DNA of 64,000 bases from a virus: IMG/VR virus record IMGVR_UViG_3300030106_006238, positions 5,736 through 69,735 of that record. One strand, given 5' to 3'. The stretch's first letter is position 1, and each line of letters begins with the position of its first letter. Of this stretch, positions 39,126 through 48,454 are shown piece by piece. Below the pieces are notes generated by a model that ran no database searches, was not told the origin of the DNA, and saw only the letters and a program-made list of their open reading frames with translations. The position numbers were made by a program, and so were the translations under genes.

Positions 39126-41463
39126 CGTCTACTCCAAGCGCTTCAGCGAACATAACTAGAGCCTCAGCTTGTTGTTCTGGTGGAAGTTGTTCGATTTGAT
39201 CAATCGCCTCAATCATAGCTGGATCTTCTGCAAACAAAGTCCTAAGGGCATCCAGGGCTTCTTCAGGTGGAAGCTTTAGAATCTCAATTAAAACGGCTTG
39301 TACTTCTTCTGGCGGCGTTCCTTCAGGAGGAGCAGCTTGAGCTGGATCGGCTCCCTGAGGGGGCGCTCCCTGAGGAGGTGCTGCTTCAGGAGGCATTCCT
39401 GGGGCTCCGCCTGGTTCTGCTCCCGGTGGCATCCCTGGGGCTCCCGGTGGCATCCCTGGGGCTCCTGGCGGCATCCCTGGGGCTCCCGGCGGCATTCCAG
39501 GGGCTCCCGGCGGTGGCGCAGCGGGGGCCTCTCCAGATTGTTCAGCCTGTTTAGCCTCATCCTCAACAGCCATTTCTAATTCATCAGGGTGTAAGTCTCT
39601 TGGCAAATCAAACCGTTCAGCAATCGTTTTCATGTAGGCCCTGGCAAGAGGTGCCATAGGTCCACCACCATTCACGGCCTCCCAAAGCTGTGAATAGGGC
39701 TGAAGAAGACCAACAAGGTTTTGTTGCATCGATGCATCATCAAGAGGACGACGACCGCCCTCTACAAAACTAATCTCAAAGTCTGCGTCTAAATCTTCGA
39801 CATAAATCTCAACCATGTCGTTTCTGTCGCGCAACATAATGCTTGGGGCAACGATTTCGGATTGATCTTCATCAATCTCTAATGAGCCGATTTCTTCAAA
39901 TGCGTCTTCATCTACAAAAGGAGTCTGAACACTGCCCTGCTCGTCTTCTTCAAGCTGGCTCTCTTGGGTCTCGATTTCTTCTTCACTGTCTTGAGGAGTG
40001 TCATCTTTGATTGCACCAACCTCTGCAAGCTCGACATCTTGTTCATCATATGCACCAGCAGAGTCTCCTCTGTCCTGCATTGCTGCGATGAACGCCCTCA
40101 AGACCACACGAATCACAGAAGAAAGCCATTCGTCTTTAATAGACGCATGCATTCCAAAATCAGACTCAGTGTATTGCTGTACAGTCTGCATCTCAAAGGC
40201 GGTTGCTTTAGTAACAATGCCTCGAGCATTAGGAGACGAACCAATGGTTCTTTCTAAATCGCTCTCGACTGTTGCCATGTAACGGTCAATATTTCCAGAG
40301 ATTGGTGCGTTTAGAATGGGCCTAATTGCATCATCAAGAGAACCATTAAACTCAGCATCAACTTCAAGAATCAATCCATCATACCCTTCTGTAAGCTGAG
40401 TCAGTTCCTCTGCGTTGAAGGTGCCAGCCCGAGTAACATACTGACGGGTGTCTTTTCGCGTAGCCATGGCCATGTAGGATCGGTACGCATTCAACTCTTG
40501 AATCTGCGGAATAATACGACGCGCATGAGCAAGACCCTTCAAAGGAAACTCAGGCTCGTGGTTGAAGATAAGCGGAATAATGTGAGGCAGTGGACTTCCG
40601 TCTGGCCCTGCAAATGGAAGCGGACCCATCCAAACCGGAGTCTTAGAAGTCGCGCCTTGGCCGAGAATATAGATTTCGAGGCGGCCCTGATATGTAATCT
40701 CGGGATCGTTCTCGTCCTGAAAGGTATCTTTTAGATTGCAAAGCTCTAAGACACGAACAAAGTTTGAACGGTCTGCGTTTTCGCCTTCCTTTGTTTTGTT
40801 CTTTCCAGAACCAAACTCGCTGCTGTCATCCATGTAAGCATCGAGAAAGTCAACGCGAGAAGTGCCAGACAAGTCTTCAAGACCATATTCGTCTTCAACT
40901 TCTTGTACTGGTCGATAGTAGAGGTGTCCTCGAAAGCGCTCATCGTCTGCGTCACTAACGTCAGTGTCCAGAAACATCTCCCACCAAGGAATGACGCGCA
41001 TAAAGCATCTGTCCAGTGGGTTTCCGTGTCCTGGGTGATAACCAATCTTTGCCCCAGAGCCTGGATACAAAAGCGCCTGGCGAAGCGTAGACATGATTCT
41101 GCTGTGAATGCGCTGCGAAGAAAGCCATCTGTTGGCCGCAAGCTCAGACTTGAATGGCTCACCCTGTCCGGCAGGGTCGGGGCCAAGCACAGTGCGATTA
41201 GCGCGAGGGTAAAGCGATGCGAGATACTGACCAATCACACCCCAAAGGCGATTGACTTCAACGTTAATGTTGAAACCATATTCATCAAACGCCCCGTCTT
41301 CTCCGCGAACATGGTCCCAATAGTTGGTTGTGTAACAAGCCTTGGTCAGCGCCCAGTTTTTACGTCCACTCTTCATTGTTTGATCGTGGCGACGAACCAT
41401 TTGTTCTATAAAATCAGGATTAATCTGATCAGTAGAAAAGTCGCGTTCTTCGTAATTGGCCAT
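39112..41463 (-). CDS. portal protein (783 aa) with acidic insertion and Pro-rich C-terminal extension
   Basis: Directly after TerL; VEVNRL..LASLY..ALLY..KIG..TKATAFE pattern. Confidence 0.8.
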   Translation of the reverse strand: MANYEERDFSTDQINPDFIEQMVRRHDQTMKSGRKNWALTKACYTTNYWDHVRGEDGAFDEYGFNINVEVNRLWGVIGQYLASLYPRANRTVLGPDPAGQGEPFKSELAANRWLSSQRIHSRIMSTLRQALLYPGSGAKIGYHPGHGNPLDRCFMRVIPWWEMFLDTDVSDADDERFRGHLYYRPVQEVEDEYGLEDLSGTSRVDFLDAYMDDSSEFGSGKNKTKEGENADRSNFVRVLELCNLKDTFQDENDPEITYQGRLEIYILGQGATSKTPVWMGPLPFAGPDGSPLPHIIPLIFNHEPEFPLKGLAHARRIIPQIQELNAYRSYMAMATRKDTRQYVTRAGTFNAEELTQLTEGYDGLILEVDAEFNGSLDDAIRPILNAPISGNIDRYMATVESDLERTIGSSPNARGIVTKATAFEMQTVQQYTESDFGMHASIKDEWLSSVIRVVLRAFIAAMQDRGDSAGAYDEQDVELAEVGAIKDDTPQDSEEEIETQESQLEEDEQGSVQTPFVDEDAFEEIGSLEIDEDQSEIVAPSIMLRDRNDMVEIYVEDLDADFEISFVEGGRRPLDDASMQQNLVGLLQPYSQLWEAVNGGGPMAPLARAYMKTIAERFDLPRDLHPDELEMAVEDEAKQAEQSGEAPAAPPPGAPGMPPGAPGMPPGAPGMPPGAPGMPPGAEPGGAPGMPPEAAPPQGAPPQGADPAQAAPPEGTPPEEVQAVLIEILKLPPEEALDALRTLFAEDPAMIEAIDQIEQLPPEQQAEALVMFAEALGVDVAAV
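39392..39512 (-). repeat. 21-bp coding tandem repeat (PGAPGMP)
   Basis: Variants of gctcccggtggcatccctggg, 4-5 copies. Confidence 0.85.
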
Positions 41464-41470
41464 AAGTTGT

Positions 41471-43030
41471 TTAACTTCCAGCAGAGAATGGGTGCTTTAT
41501 TGCTGTATAACGTCGTCTATTGGGGTTGGTGGGCAGTGCTTTGGCTTCAGGCATATCTCGACGGTTCCATTCGGCCAGCATTAGAGCATCTGCGTGATCA
41601 TCATGGTAGCCATCTTGACCTTCAATCTTTCCGCCCTCTTCTCGAATGTGCATAAGTTCCTGCACAGTAGTCATATCATTTAAAGTCAAAGCATCACCAT
41701 TTACCATTTGGCGAAGGTGCGCGTAACCATGTTCCTTGGATCCTCTAGATGTTGTCCAGTATCGTGGTCTCTTGGATGCTTTTTGACCAGGCTCCGATGG
41801 TTTAGTCCAAAGGGGCATTCCGCATTTTATGAACTCTCTAATAATAACTGTGCCCGCTCCGCCTGGGTTTGATTCAATCAGTGCGCGAGCCTTGTTGAAG
41901 TGCTGTGCCAGCTCAATCACTTTTTGCGCAAACAGCAACTCTCCCCCCTGATTCATAGACAATGTTGCAACCTGACGTCCATCTGCAGACAAAACCTGAG
42001 CAACAGCGTAGTCGCCACCATTGCACCATGACGGGTCAATACCTATTGAATAGTTCAAACCAGGATAAGGTCTTTCAAAGATTCTCAGTTCCTTATTAGT
42101 CTGAGGAAGAGAAGAAAGAACCTCATTGAGGTAGTCTCCGTCAAACCAGGCACCATCAAATACAGCAAACCCATCTTCAAGGGTAAGCGGATACTCACGA
42201 CGGAACTTGTGAAGTCCAACACCGTTGACGCCATTAATCTTCTGATGACGCCAATAAAGCTGTGCTGGACTTAGACGGTGGACTTGTGCTAACTCATATT
42301 CCTCTTGATCTGGTTCCCAATCACTTGGAGGAAGTGCCGCATACGCTGGATGGTCGCACCAGCGGAAGAAACGAAAGACGACTGAGTCGTCGCCAGATTG
42401 GATAGCGCGTTGCGCAGATAATACTTTTTCATGGAACAAATTCCCTGGTCCGTTTGCAGTTGAAAGAATGATGACCTTACGATGCGGACCCTCATGCATA
42501 GTAGAGGTAACAGATGCCCAGACTTCTTCCGCGTTTGGCCAATAAGCTAGCTCGTCGGCGTGCAAACGCTGAAAGGTCCAAGCGCGTGCTCCGCCCTTAC
42601 CGCCAGCCGTCATACAACGGAATCCGGCATTTGTATCATCAAAGATCAATTCTTTTCGTGAAGATCGTAGTGTTGGCCGCTTTAACAATGTCGGCAGCGT
42701 GCGATAGAAGTACTGCAACTTATCAAAAATAGCATCAGTTGCATCGTAAGTATGCGCAACTACTAATGTTTTTACTGGATCCTTTGCCCAGTAGGTATAG
42801 TCAAAGTTGTACGCGCAAGCGACAGTGGTATCTCCAATCTGTCGAGGCTTGTAATGAACAATCGTTTTAGCCTGGGGATTTAAGAAATCATCAAGTGCAA
42901 GAACCTGCTCAGGGAAAGGATTGTTAAAATACGCATCCATCCCCTTCTCATCGACCAGACGGAGCCGTGAGATAAACTCGGCGGGATCACCAGCGAGAGC
43001 GTTTAGCTTTGCATCAAGTGAAGCAGACAC
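41471..43030 (-). CDS. terL: terminase large subunit
   Basis: KPRQIGDTT Walker A, LHADELAYW Walker B, STANG motif III, SIGIDPS and HDDHADAL nuclease motifs. Confidence 0.92.
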   Translation of the reverse strand: MSASLDAKLNALAGDPAEFISRLRLVDEKGMDAYFNNPFPEQVLALDDFLNPQAKTIVHYKPRQIGDTTVACAYNFDYTYWAKDPVKTLVVAHTYDATDAIFDKLQYFYRTLPTLLKRPTLRSSRKELIFDDTNAGFRCMTAGGKGGARAWTFQRLHADELAYWPNAEEVWASVTSTMHEGPHRKVIILSTANGPGNLFHEKVLSAQRAIQSGDDSVVFRFFRWCDHPAYAALPPSDWEPDQEEYELAQVHRLSPAQLYWRHQKINGVNGVGLHKFRREYPLTLEDGFAVFDGAWFDGDYLNEVLSSLPQTNKELRIFERPYPGLNYSIGIDPSWCNGGDYAVAQVLSADGRQVATLSMNQGGELLFAQKVIELAQHFNKARALIESNPGGAGTVIIREFIKCGMPLWTKPSEPGQKASKRPRYWTTSRGSKEHGYAHLRQMVNGDALTLNDMTTVQELMHIREEGGKIEGQDGYHDDHADALMLAEWNRRDMPEAKALPTNPNRRRYTAIKHPFSAGS

Positions 43031-43554
43031 TACGCCTCAGCAGAAGGCAGTCGCCACTTTGAACCAGAGGATCCTTTACCAAGGTAATCTTTCAACTCGG
43101 ACATCTCTGCAGATGCTTGCTGAGCTTCTTGTTTAGCAAACCGAACCTTAGCGTATTTGTCGAACGCCCAAGACTCTCCTTCGTTCATTCCGTTGCTTAC
43201 GCCCTGCCACCACTGCCTGTCCAGCATGCGCAGCTCTTCTTCACTTACTGGCTCAACCTCTGGAAAGTCCTCGTAGAACCAAGTTCCGAACCGAGCCTCT
43301 TTGCACCACTTCCGCCATTCCTTTGGATTGACAGGGTGTCCCTTTAAAACTTCAGATTCAGAACGATTAGACTCCTGATACCAAGAAGTCTTGAGAAAAC
43401 AGCCATTGCTAACCATTCTCCTCGCGATTCTACGAAAAGCCTTTTGTCGTGCCGTAGGCTTAAACCCAAGCTTTTCAGGATTGATCCACTGGACCAACTC
43501 GCCCTTAAAGCCTTGCCCATTCCCATCGTTACCGTTCGAGCCATCTGAGGACAT
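43030..43554 (-). CDS. probable terminase small subunit
   Basis: 174 aa coupled upstream of TerL; GGAG RBS; assignment by position only. Confidence 0.5.
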   Translation of the reverse strand: MSSDGSNGNDGNGQGFKGELVQWINPEKLGFKPTARQKAFRRIARRMVSNGCFLKTSWYQESNRSESEVLKGHPVNPKEWRKWCKEARFGTWFYEDFPEVEPVSEEELRMLDRQWWQGVSNGMNEGESWAFDKYAKVRFAKQEAQQASAEMSELKDYLGKGSSGSKWRLPSAEA

Positions 43555-43583
43555 GTTCTACTCCATATGATACTATACTAAGC

Positions 43584-43772
43584 ATGGAAAACGATGAGAA
43601 CAAGACAGAGATTGAAGAACCTTGGATTCCTCACTCTGAAATCGTTGAAAAAATGATGAAGGAAAACCCTGATGTGCTTAGAATGGATGCGACAGATAAA
43701 GCAAGATTCTTGGTCAATGCAACTAAGCTATTTTCTGCGAAATACGCTGAGCTCAATCGCACTAAAGACTAA
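43584..43772 (+). CDS. 62-aa hypothetical protein on the opposite strand
   Basis: Fills an otherwise empty gap; TATACT lies 4 nt before the ATG (possibly leaderless). Confidence 0.55.
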   Translation: MENDENKTEIEEPWIPHSEIVEKMMKENPDVLRMDATDKARFLVNATKLFSAKYAELNRTKD

Positions 43773-43868
43773 ATCCAGCAGGTGGTGACCCGCTCGGCAT
43801 AGCTTGACCTACAGCGGCGGACACATTCGGTACAGCCTCAACCGGACTTAGTGGTAGGCAGGAGGCAT

Positions 43869-44726
43869 TTATTTTCCATTCATGTCTTTCAACACTTGCG
43901 CCCTGATTGACTCGTAAAGAGGATCGCCTGGTTTTACTTGAGGTTGTTGAGGTTTCCCGTCTGGACCATAGACTTGAAAAAGATCCCCTGGAGGAACTTC
44001 ACCTGGACCATAAACTCCAAACTTATCATCTGGCGCAGGCATTTCACCTGGACCATAGACCCCAAACTCATCTCGAGGGGGAATCATCTGCTCTCGAGGA
44101 GGCATTGGCATTGGCCTACGAGGCATCCGTTCTTGTGGAGGCATTGGCATTGGTGCCCGAGGACCACGCTCTTGAGGCATTGGCGGGGGGCCAGGATCTA
44201 AATCACGTTGGCGCTGACGCCTACGAAAAACATCCATGACATTAGGTCGCTGTTCCATCTCAGAACCTAAACCAGAATCAGTATCAGTATCTAAATCTTG
44301 TTCAGGGTCAGCTCCCTCTTGAGGCCCACCCGAATCCGACTCTCTCAAATCGGGACCGCGCATCGCGCCCAAAAGTTCAGAAAGACCCAACTGCTCCAAA
44401 ACGTTTGCAATCTGACCAGACCCCCTGTTCTCATCCATGCCTTCTGCTAAGTCTCGGTCTTCACGGCTTCGTGTTTCAGGTTTTCTTGTTGTTTTTTCAG
44501 CCCGTGCCATTGGCTTGGCTCCTTTCTCGCGGTTCGTCGTTCGACTTACGGCCCGTAGGTTTGATTTAGAATTATTATTTGGGTTTCCGTCTTTGTGATC
44601 AACTTCTCGAGAATCACCGTTCTTCAACCCAACCTTTCGACGAGCCTTGTTACGATTGTTTCTCGCATCTTTTTGCTTTCGAGTTCCGTGGTACTCGTCG
44701 TATTCTTTGCGGTAATCACGAGCCAT
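43869..44726 (-). CDS. HNH endonuclease domain fused to a long disordered Pro-rich tail
   Basis: RDYRKEY..RNKARR..EVDHKDGNPNNNSKSNLRAVSRTTNR; tail with PMPMPP and F(G/Q)VYGP repeats. Confidence 0.75.
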   Translation of the reverse strand: MARDYRKEYDEYHGTRKQKDARNNRNKARRKVGLKNGDSREVDHKDGNPNNNSKSNLRAVSRTTNREKGAKPMARAEKTTRKPETRSREDRDLAEGMDENRGSGQIANVLEQLGLSELLGAMRGPDLRESDSGGPQEGADPEQDLDTDTDSGLGSEMEQRPNVMDVFRRRQRQRDLDPGPPPMPQERGPRAPMPMPPQERMPRRPMPMPPREQMIPPRDEFGVYGPGEMPAPDDKFGVYGPGEVPPGDLFQVYGPDGKPQQPQVKPGDPLYESIRAQVLKDMNGK

Positions 44727-45004
44727 CAGGACTTGTCCGTCTTGATTCCGTTGTAGGCCCCGTTGACACCAACACCAATAGGCTGATGCTCAGGCTTCAG
44801 CTTATTAAACTCGGTGTTTAGCGCGTCATCCAACTTGGAAGACCAGTCTTTACCGTTTTGATCAAGTAGCCCACTTCGAGCTTTATCAGCAGCATCAGAA
44901 TAAACGCCATCGGGCAATACACCATCACCAAATACATCTTTAAAAGACTGGACATACTTGCCTGCTGCTAAAAGTTGAGCACCACTAAGTTTTGGTTTGG
45001 CCAT
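44726..45004 (-). CDS. hypothetical protein
   Basis: Coupled ORF with GGAG upstream. Confidence 0.65.
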   Translation of the reverse strand: MAKPKLSGAQLLAAGKYVQSFKDVFGDGVLPDGVYSDAADKARSGLLDQNGKDWSSKLDDALNTEFNKLKPEHQPIGVGVNGAYNGIKTDKS

Positions 45005-45006
45005 AA

Positions 45007-45189
45007 CTAACTCCGCTTTTTCCTTCGAACACCAAAGCTATTCATCAAATCAACGTCTTCTTCAGCCTTCTTGTATTCTTCTTTGCTCGGAACAGGCGCT
45101 TCTTCTTGTACTCCAACCAAATATCCATCAGGATGACCTAAGGTTTGGAACAAGCGGCTGCGGTGCGAAAGACGTTTTTTCTCGCTCAT
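45007..45189 (-). CDS. hypothetical protein (60 aa)
   Basis: ATGA overlap with the upstream gene; AGGAAGG RBS. Confidence 0.6.
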   Translation of the reverse strand: MSEKKRLSHRSRLFQTLGHPDGYLVGVQEEAPVPSKEEYKKAEEDVDLMNSFGVRRKKRS

Positions 45190-46274
45190 GCCTTCCTCTC
45201 AACCTGCATGCGCTCAGCTAAATCTGGAAAGTCAGGCTGATATTTGAAGTGATACTTGCCCATTTGTGGGTGACCAACCTCATACACATACTGACGAAGA
45301 CCGTTCTCATACTTCCGGCCAATCAACTCGATAACGTATTCGTCAGCAGGACGATGAGCATTCGACTCCAGCATCATGCGGGCTACCGAGAGTCCCTCGG
45401 CAACAGACGACAGCTCAACATCATCAAGAGTACCAAACTCATCAAGCGTGTTGATTAAGTCCGTGTCCTCAAGATTAAGATCATCCATCGCTTCCGTGTA
45501 GTCCATCGTCGTGTCGTATGGAGACTCCATCGAACCCGCAGTCATCCCTCCACCTTCAAGCGCTGCCATCTCAGCATCACTCATACTAAGAGAAGAAACC
45601 CTCGCAGCCTCATCACGAACCTTGCCGCCAATCTTGCCAGAATGAATGTTCGAAAGCGTGTCGTATGAAACATCTCCAATGTCGCCACCATACTTGCCAG
45701 CAATGCCCCGAGTAAGATCAACGTCGCTACCATCCATGAAATTGGAATAAAGCTCGTCCTCCTCAATAGGCATCATGACCGTCTGACCCTTCGGATCAAT
45801 AATCTCCAGAAACTTACCGCTACCCGTAATGTCGTGGCTGCGCTGAATCTCACCCAAATCAGGAATCGTCATCATAGAAGTAGAAGTGTCCAGAGGAAGG
45901 TAGTGCATGTCACCACTTTCTAAATCAATAATGATCATCTCGCCCTGGACAGAAGTAACGCCCTCGTCAGTCATGACCTCACTAGGCAAGCCCAGCTCAG
46001 CACGAAACCGACCAGAAGCCTTCGGCGCATTCCTCTTGTCATCACGAGTCTTCAAAGGACTCTCCAAAGACATGTCCATCGGACCCATGTCGTCAAAGAA
46101 CTGCTCAACACCCGAAAGATCTTTACTAAACGGACGACGAAAACCAGTACCAGACGGACCAGACTCTTTCGCGTATCCCTTCAAGTCATGAGCCATACGA
46201 GTAGCCTCTTTTTCAAAAGGCCCAAGACTCATAGTATTCCGCCTGTTCTTAATAAGATCATCAAACGTCATCAT
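45186..46274 (-). CDS. acidic Met/Asp-rich hypothetical protein (362 aa)
   Basis: GGAGG RBS; long ORF. Confidence 0.75.
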   Translation of the reverse strand: MMTFDDLIKNRRNTMSLGPFEKEATRMAHDLKGYAKESGPSGTGFRRPFSKDLSGVEQFFDDMGPMDMSLESPLKTRDDKRNAPKASGRFRAELGLPSEVMTDEGVTSVQGEMIIIDLESGDMHYLPLDTSTSMMTIPDLGEIQRSHDITGSGKFLEIIDPKGQTVMMPIEEDELYSNFMDGSDVDLTRGIAGKYGGDIGDVSYDTLSNIHSGKIGGKVRDEAARVSSLSMSDAEMAALEGGGMTAGSMESPYDTTMDYTEAMDDLNLEDTDLINTLDEFGTLDDVELSSVAEGLSVARMMLESNAHRPADEYVIELIGRKYENGLRQYVYEVGHPQMGKYHFKYQPDFPDLAERMQVERKA

Positions 46275-46316
46275 GCCTCCGTTCTACCAATACCAAATCT
46301 TAGCATCTCAAGCATG

Positions 46317-46351
46317 AAAAAACCCCCCGGCGAAGGACACACCGGAGGGTT
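46317..46351 (-). terminator. intrinsic terminator after rusA
   Basis: Minus strand AACCCTCCGG..CCGGGGGGTT followed by TTTT. Confidence 0.6.
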
Positions 46352-46467
46352 CGGAACACAACAATGAGTCGTTGCATGAAACCCAGCTACTCTACTGCCG
46401 CTGGACACCACACCCAACGACTTCGCTAAGAATCATTAAAACACCTTATCAGTACAACGTTTCAACG

Positions 46468-46929
46468 TCAATCGAACCAACGACAATCATCTGCAACAGA
46501 AGAATCAACACGGCGCAAACGGAAATAAACACTCGGTCCCTCTACCTTAGAAGAGTACCTCTTTTTTTTTCGCACATCACAAACAGTCTTGTCGTCTCGC
46601 AACACACCAGCCATCACCAAAGCATCCAGCAAACACTTCTCAATGTTGTCTATGTCTGGCTTGGCTGTGTGAAGCAATCGACCCTCAGGATCTTTCTTGC
46701 GCAACAAACGCTTTGGCCTTGGAAATACAGCAACAAACTCAACCTCTACTGGCTCCTCAATCGGAGCACCACTCCACTGACTCCTTACTACAAACGCACA
46801 TGAACGCTCCCAGTCTGCTGTCTTCTTCGGCGTGTACAACTTGATGAAACCACCCTGAGTTGTACCCCTTGGTCTTCCCTTACCAATCGGTGGACCTGGC
46901 ACGTCACACTCAAACAACCAATCACTCAT
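46468..46929 (-). CDS. rusA: RusA-family Holliday junction resolvase
   Basis: PGPPIGKGRPR..YTPKKT..KPDIDNIEKCLLDAL..G.LRDD; likely start MSDWLFE after GGAG. Confidence 0.85.
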   Translation of the reverse strand: MSDWLFECDVPGPPIGKGRPRGTTQGGFIKLYTPKKTADWERSCAFVVRSQWSGAPIEEPVEVEFVAVFPRPKRLLRKKDPEGRLLHTAKPDIDNIEKCLLDALVMAGVLRDDKTVCDVRKKKRYSSKVEGPSVYFRLRRVDSSVADDCRWFD

Positions 46930-47335
46930 TGCAAACCATCTCCTCAAACTCAACAACCATTTCATACAAACGCATAGAATCCGGTGACTCATCAACCTTC
47001 TCAGCACTCGTATGAATGTTCCAAATTGTCTGACACACAGCTCTCAAATCCATCGGTGAATCCCACCAACCCTCACGATTCATAATCAAACAAATCGTAG
47101 ACAACTCCTTTGGAACTCTCTGCTCCCACCAATCAACGTTCATCCATTGATCAATATAAATCGCCTTAGATGACAAGTACGAATACCACTCGCTGAGAAA
47201 CTCATGGCTCAATCTTCGAATATGACCAGCCCTTCTCTCAACATCACTAATGCCACTTCTGGCCAGTTCGTACTCTTCCCTCTTCTTTGACTTTGAATGG
47301 CGCTCTACCTTCTGTCCACTCTTTCCAAAAAGCAT
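46922..47335 (-). CDS. hypothetical protein (start uncertain)
   Basis: GAGGAG 10 nt upstream of the ATG; overlaps the upstream ORF by 89 nt. Confidence 0.5.
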   Translation of the reverse strand: MLFGKSGQKVERHSKSKKREEYELARSGISDVERRAGHIRRLSHEFLSEWYSYLSSKAIYIDQWMNVDWWEQRVPKELSTICLIMNREGWWDSPMDLRAVCQTIWNIHTSAEKVDESPDSMRLYEMVVEFEEMVCNE

Positions 47336-48221
47336 ATGACAACGACTCCTCTACATCTCTCACACTTACCATTACCCAACGCAAACTTGGATGTTCCATT
47401 CTCATTCTCAATGGATACGGTAGAGACGCACCGTCTTCCCATGATTCTTTCAAACGTTCCCACCAAGCAGAACAAGATGGAGCATGAGACACTCGCATCT
47501 TCAATAGCCTGTCGTTGTATCCAATAGATTTAGATAACGATGACCTTATCTCAAACACTTGATCTGCAAGCAATGTCAATGCATCCCAATCAACAGAACC
47601 TTCTTTGTCTTGCATCTCAAACGCTCGACCATGAATAGCTTTGATTGCTAACCAACCAGCAACTTCTAAATCTACATCTGGTCTACACAATCTTGAACAC
47701 AAAGCTCTGTCTAGAATCTTACGCCATCTCTTCATTACAAATGTTTCTACAATGATCAATGCTCTACCAAATGGATCAATGATCACAAGCTGACCACGAC
47801 GAGCATTCAACTTCTTTCGATCAATAGTCCACTTGTTTCTTTCTATAGATGAACGACGACTCAACTCTATAGAATCATAATCAATCAATGACTTACTGTT
47901 TCTTTCAAGAAACCAAACGTCATCTACAAGACGAACAATGTCAGACAATGGTTCATCAATAGATGAGTAACGACAAACAACATCACCTTGAAGAAACCAT
48001 TTACTCGCTCTTCCATTACAACGTTGTATTGATGACAACTGAATAGATGATGAATCTTCTACATCAAGTTCATTCAATACTTCTTGATATGTCTCATCAT
48101 CAACTGATGTTTCTGAAACACCAATCAATCCTTCTGTTGGAAACAACTGACCAAGAACAATCCATCTTCTTAATGAATCGTCTCTTCCATCCAACGCCAA
48201 TGACCTAGACCAACCCGACAT
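47247..48221 (-). CDS. hypothetical protein (324 aa)
   Basis: Long ORF; no family recognised. Confidence 0.65.
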   Translation of the reverse strand: MSGWSRSLALDGRDDSLRRWIVLGQLFPTEGLIGVSETSVDDETYQEVLNELDVEDSSSIQLSSIQRCNGRASKWFLQGDVVCRYSSIDEPLSDIVRLVDDVWFLERNSKSLIDYDSIELSRRSSIERNKWTIDRKKLNARRGQLVIIDPFGRALIIVETFVMKRWRKILDRALCSRLCRPDVDLEVAGWLAIKAIHGRAFEMQDKEGSVDWDALTLLADQVFEIRSSLSKSIGYNDRLLKMRVSHAPSCSAWWERLKESWEDGASLPYPLRMRMEHPSLRWVMVSVRDVEESLSYAFWKEWTEGRAPFKVKEEGRVRTGQKWH

Positions 48222-48454
48222 ACTTCCAACTTAATCGAAAGATGATCATTGATTTTCATTGGCAAGTAAACACACATGTCTCCATCATCATCTATTGAAA
48301 CTTTCTCTGGAAAGACCTCAACAACTTTGAAGTCTTCTTGAACCTTAGAAATGATCAACATCAAATGGTTCTCATAGATATCTCTTGCTGCTACTGAAAG
48401 CTCAACACCTTCAATAGATTCAAACTCAATGTCATCAGATTCACATTGCATCAA
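48170..48454 (-). CDS. hypothetical protein (94 aa)
   Basis: Overlaps the MTase stop; acidic. Confidence 0.55.
   Translation of the reverse strand: MMQCESDDIEFESIEGVELSVAARDIYENHLMLIISKVQEDFKVVEVFPEKVSIDDDGDMCVYLPMKINDHLSIKLEVCRVGLGHWRWMEETIH

Noticed and set aside
43773-43868. GC-rich gap between convergent genes as a ribozyme
   Set aside because: Only short stems (CCGCT/AGCGG); no hammerhead, twister or pistol consensus recognised.
47247-47335. Frameshift joining 47247..48221 and 46922..47335
   Set aside because: The downstream ORF has its own GAGGAG and ATG and no slippery heptamer was seen; an ordinary overlap is sufficient.
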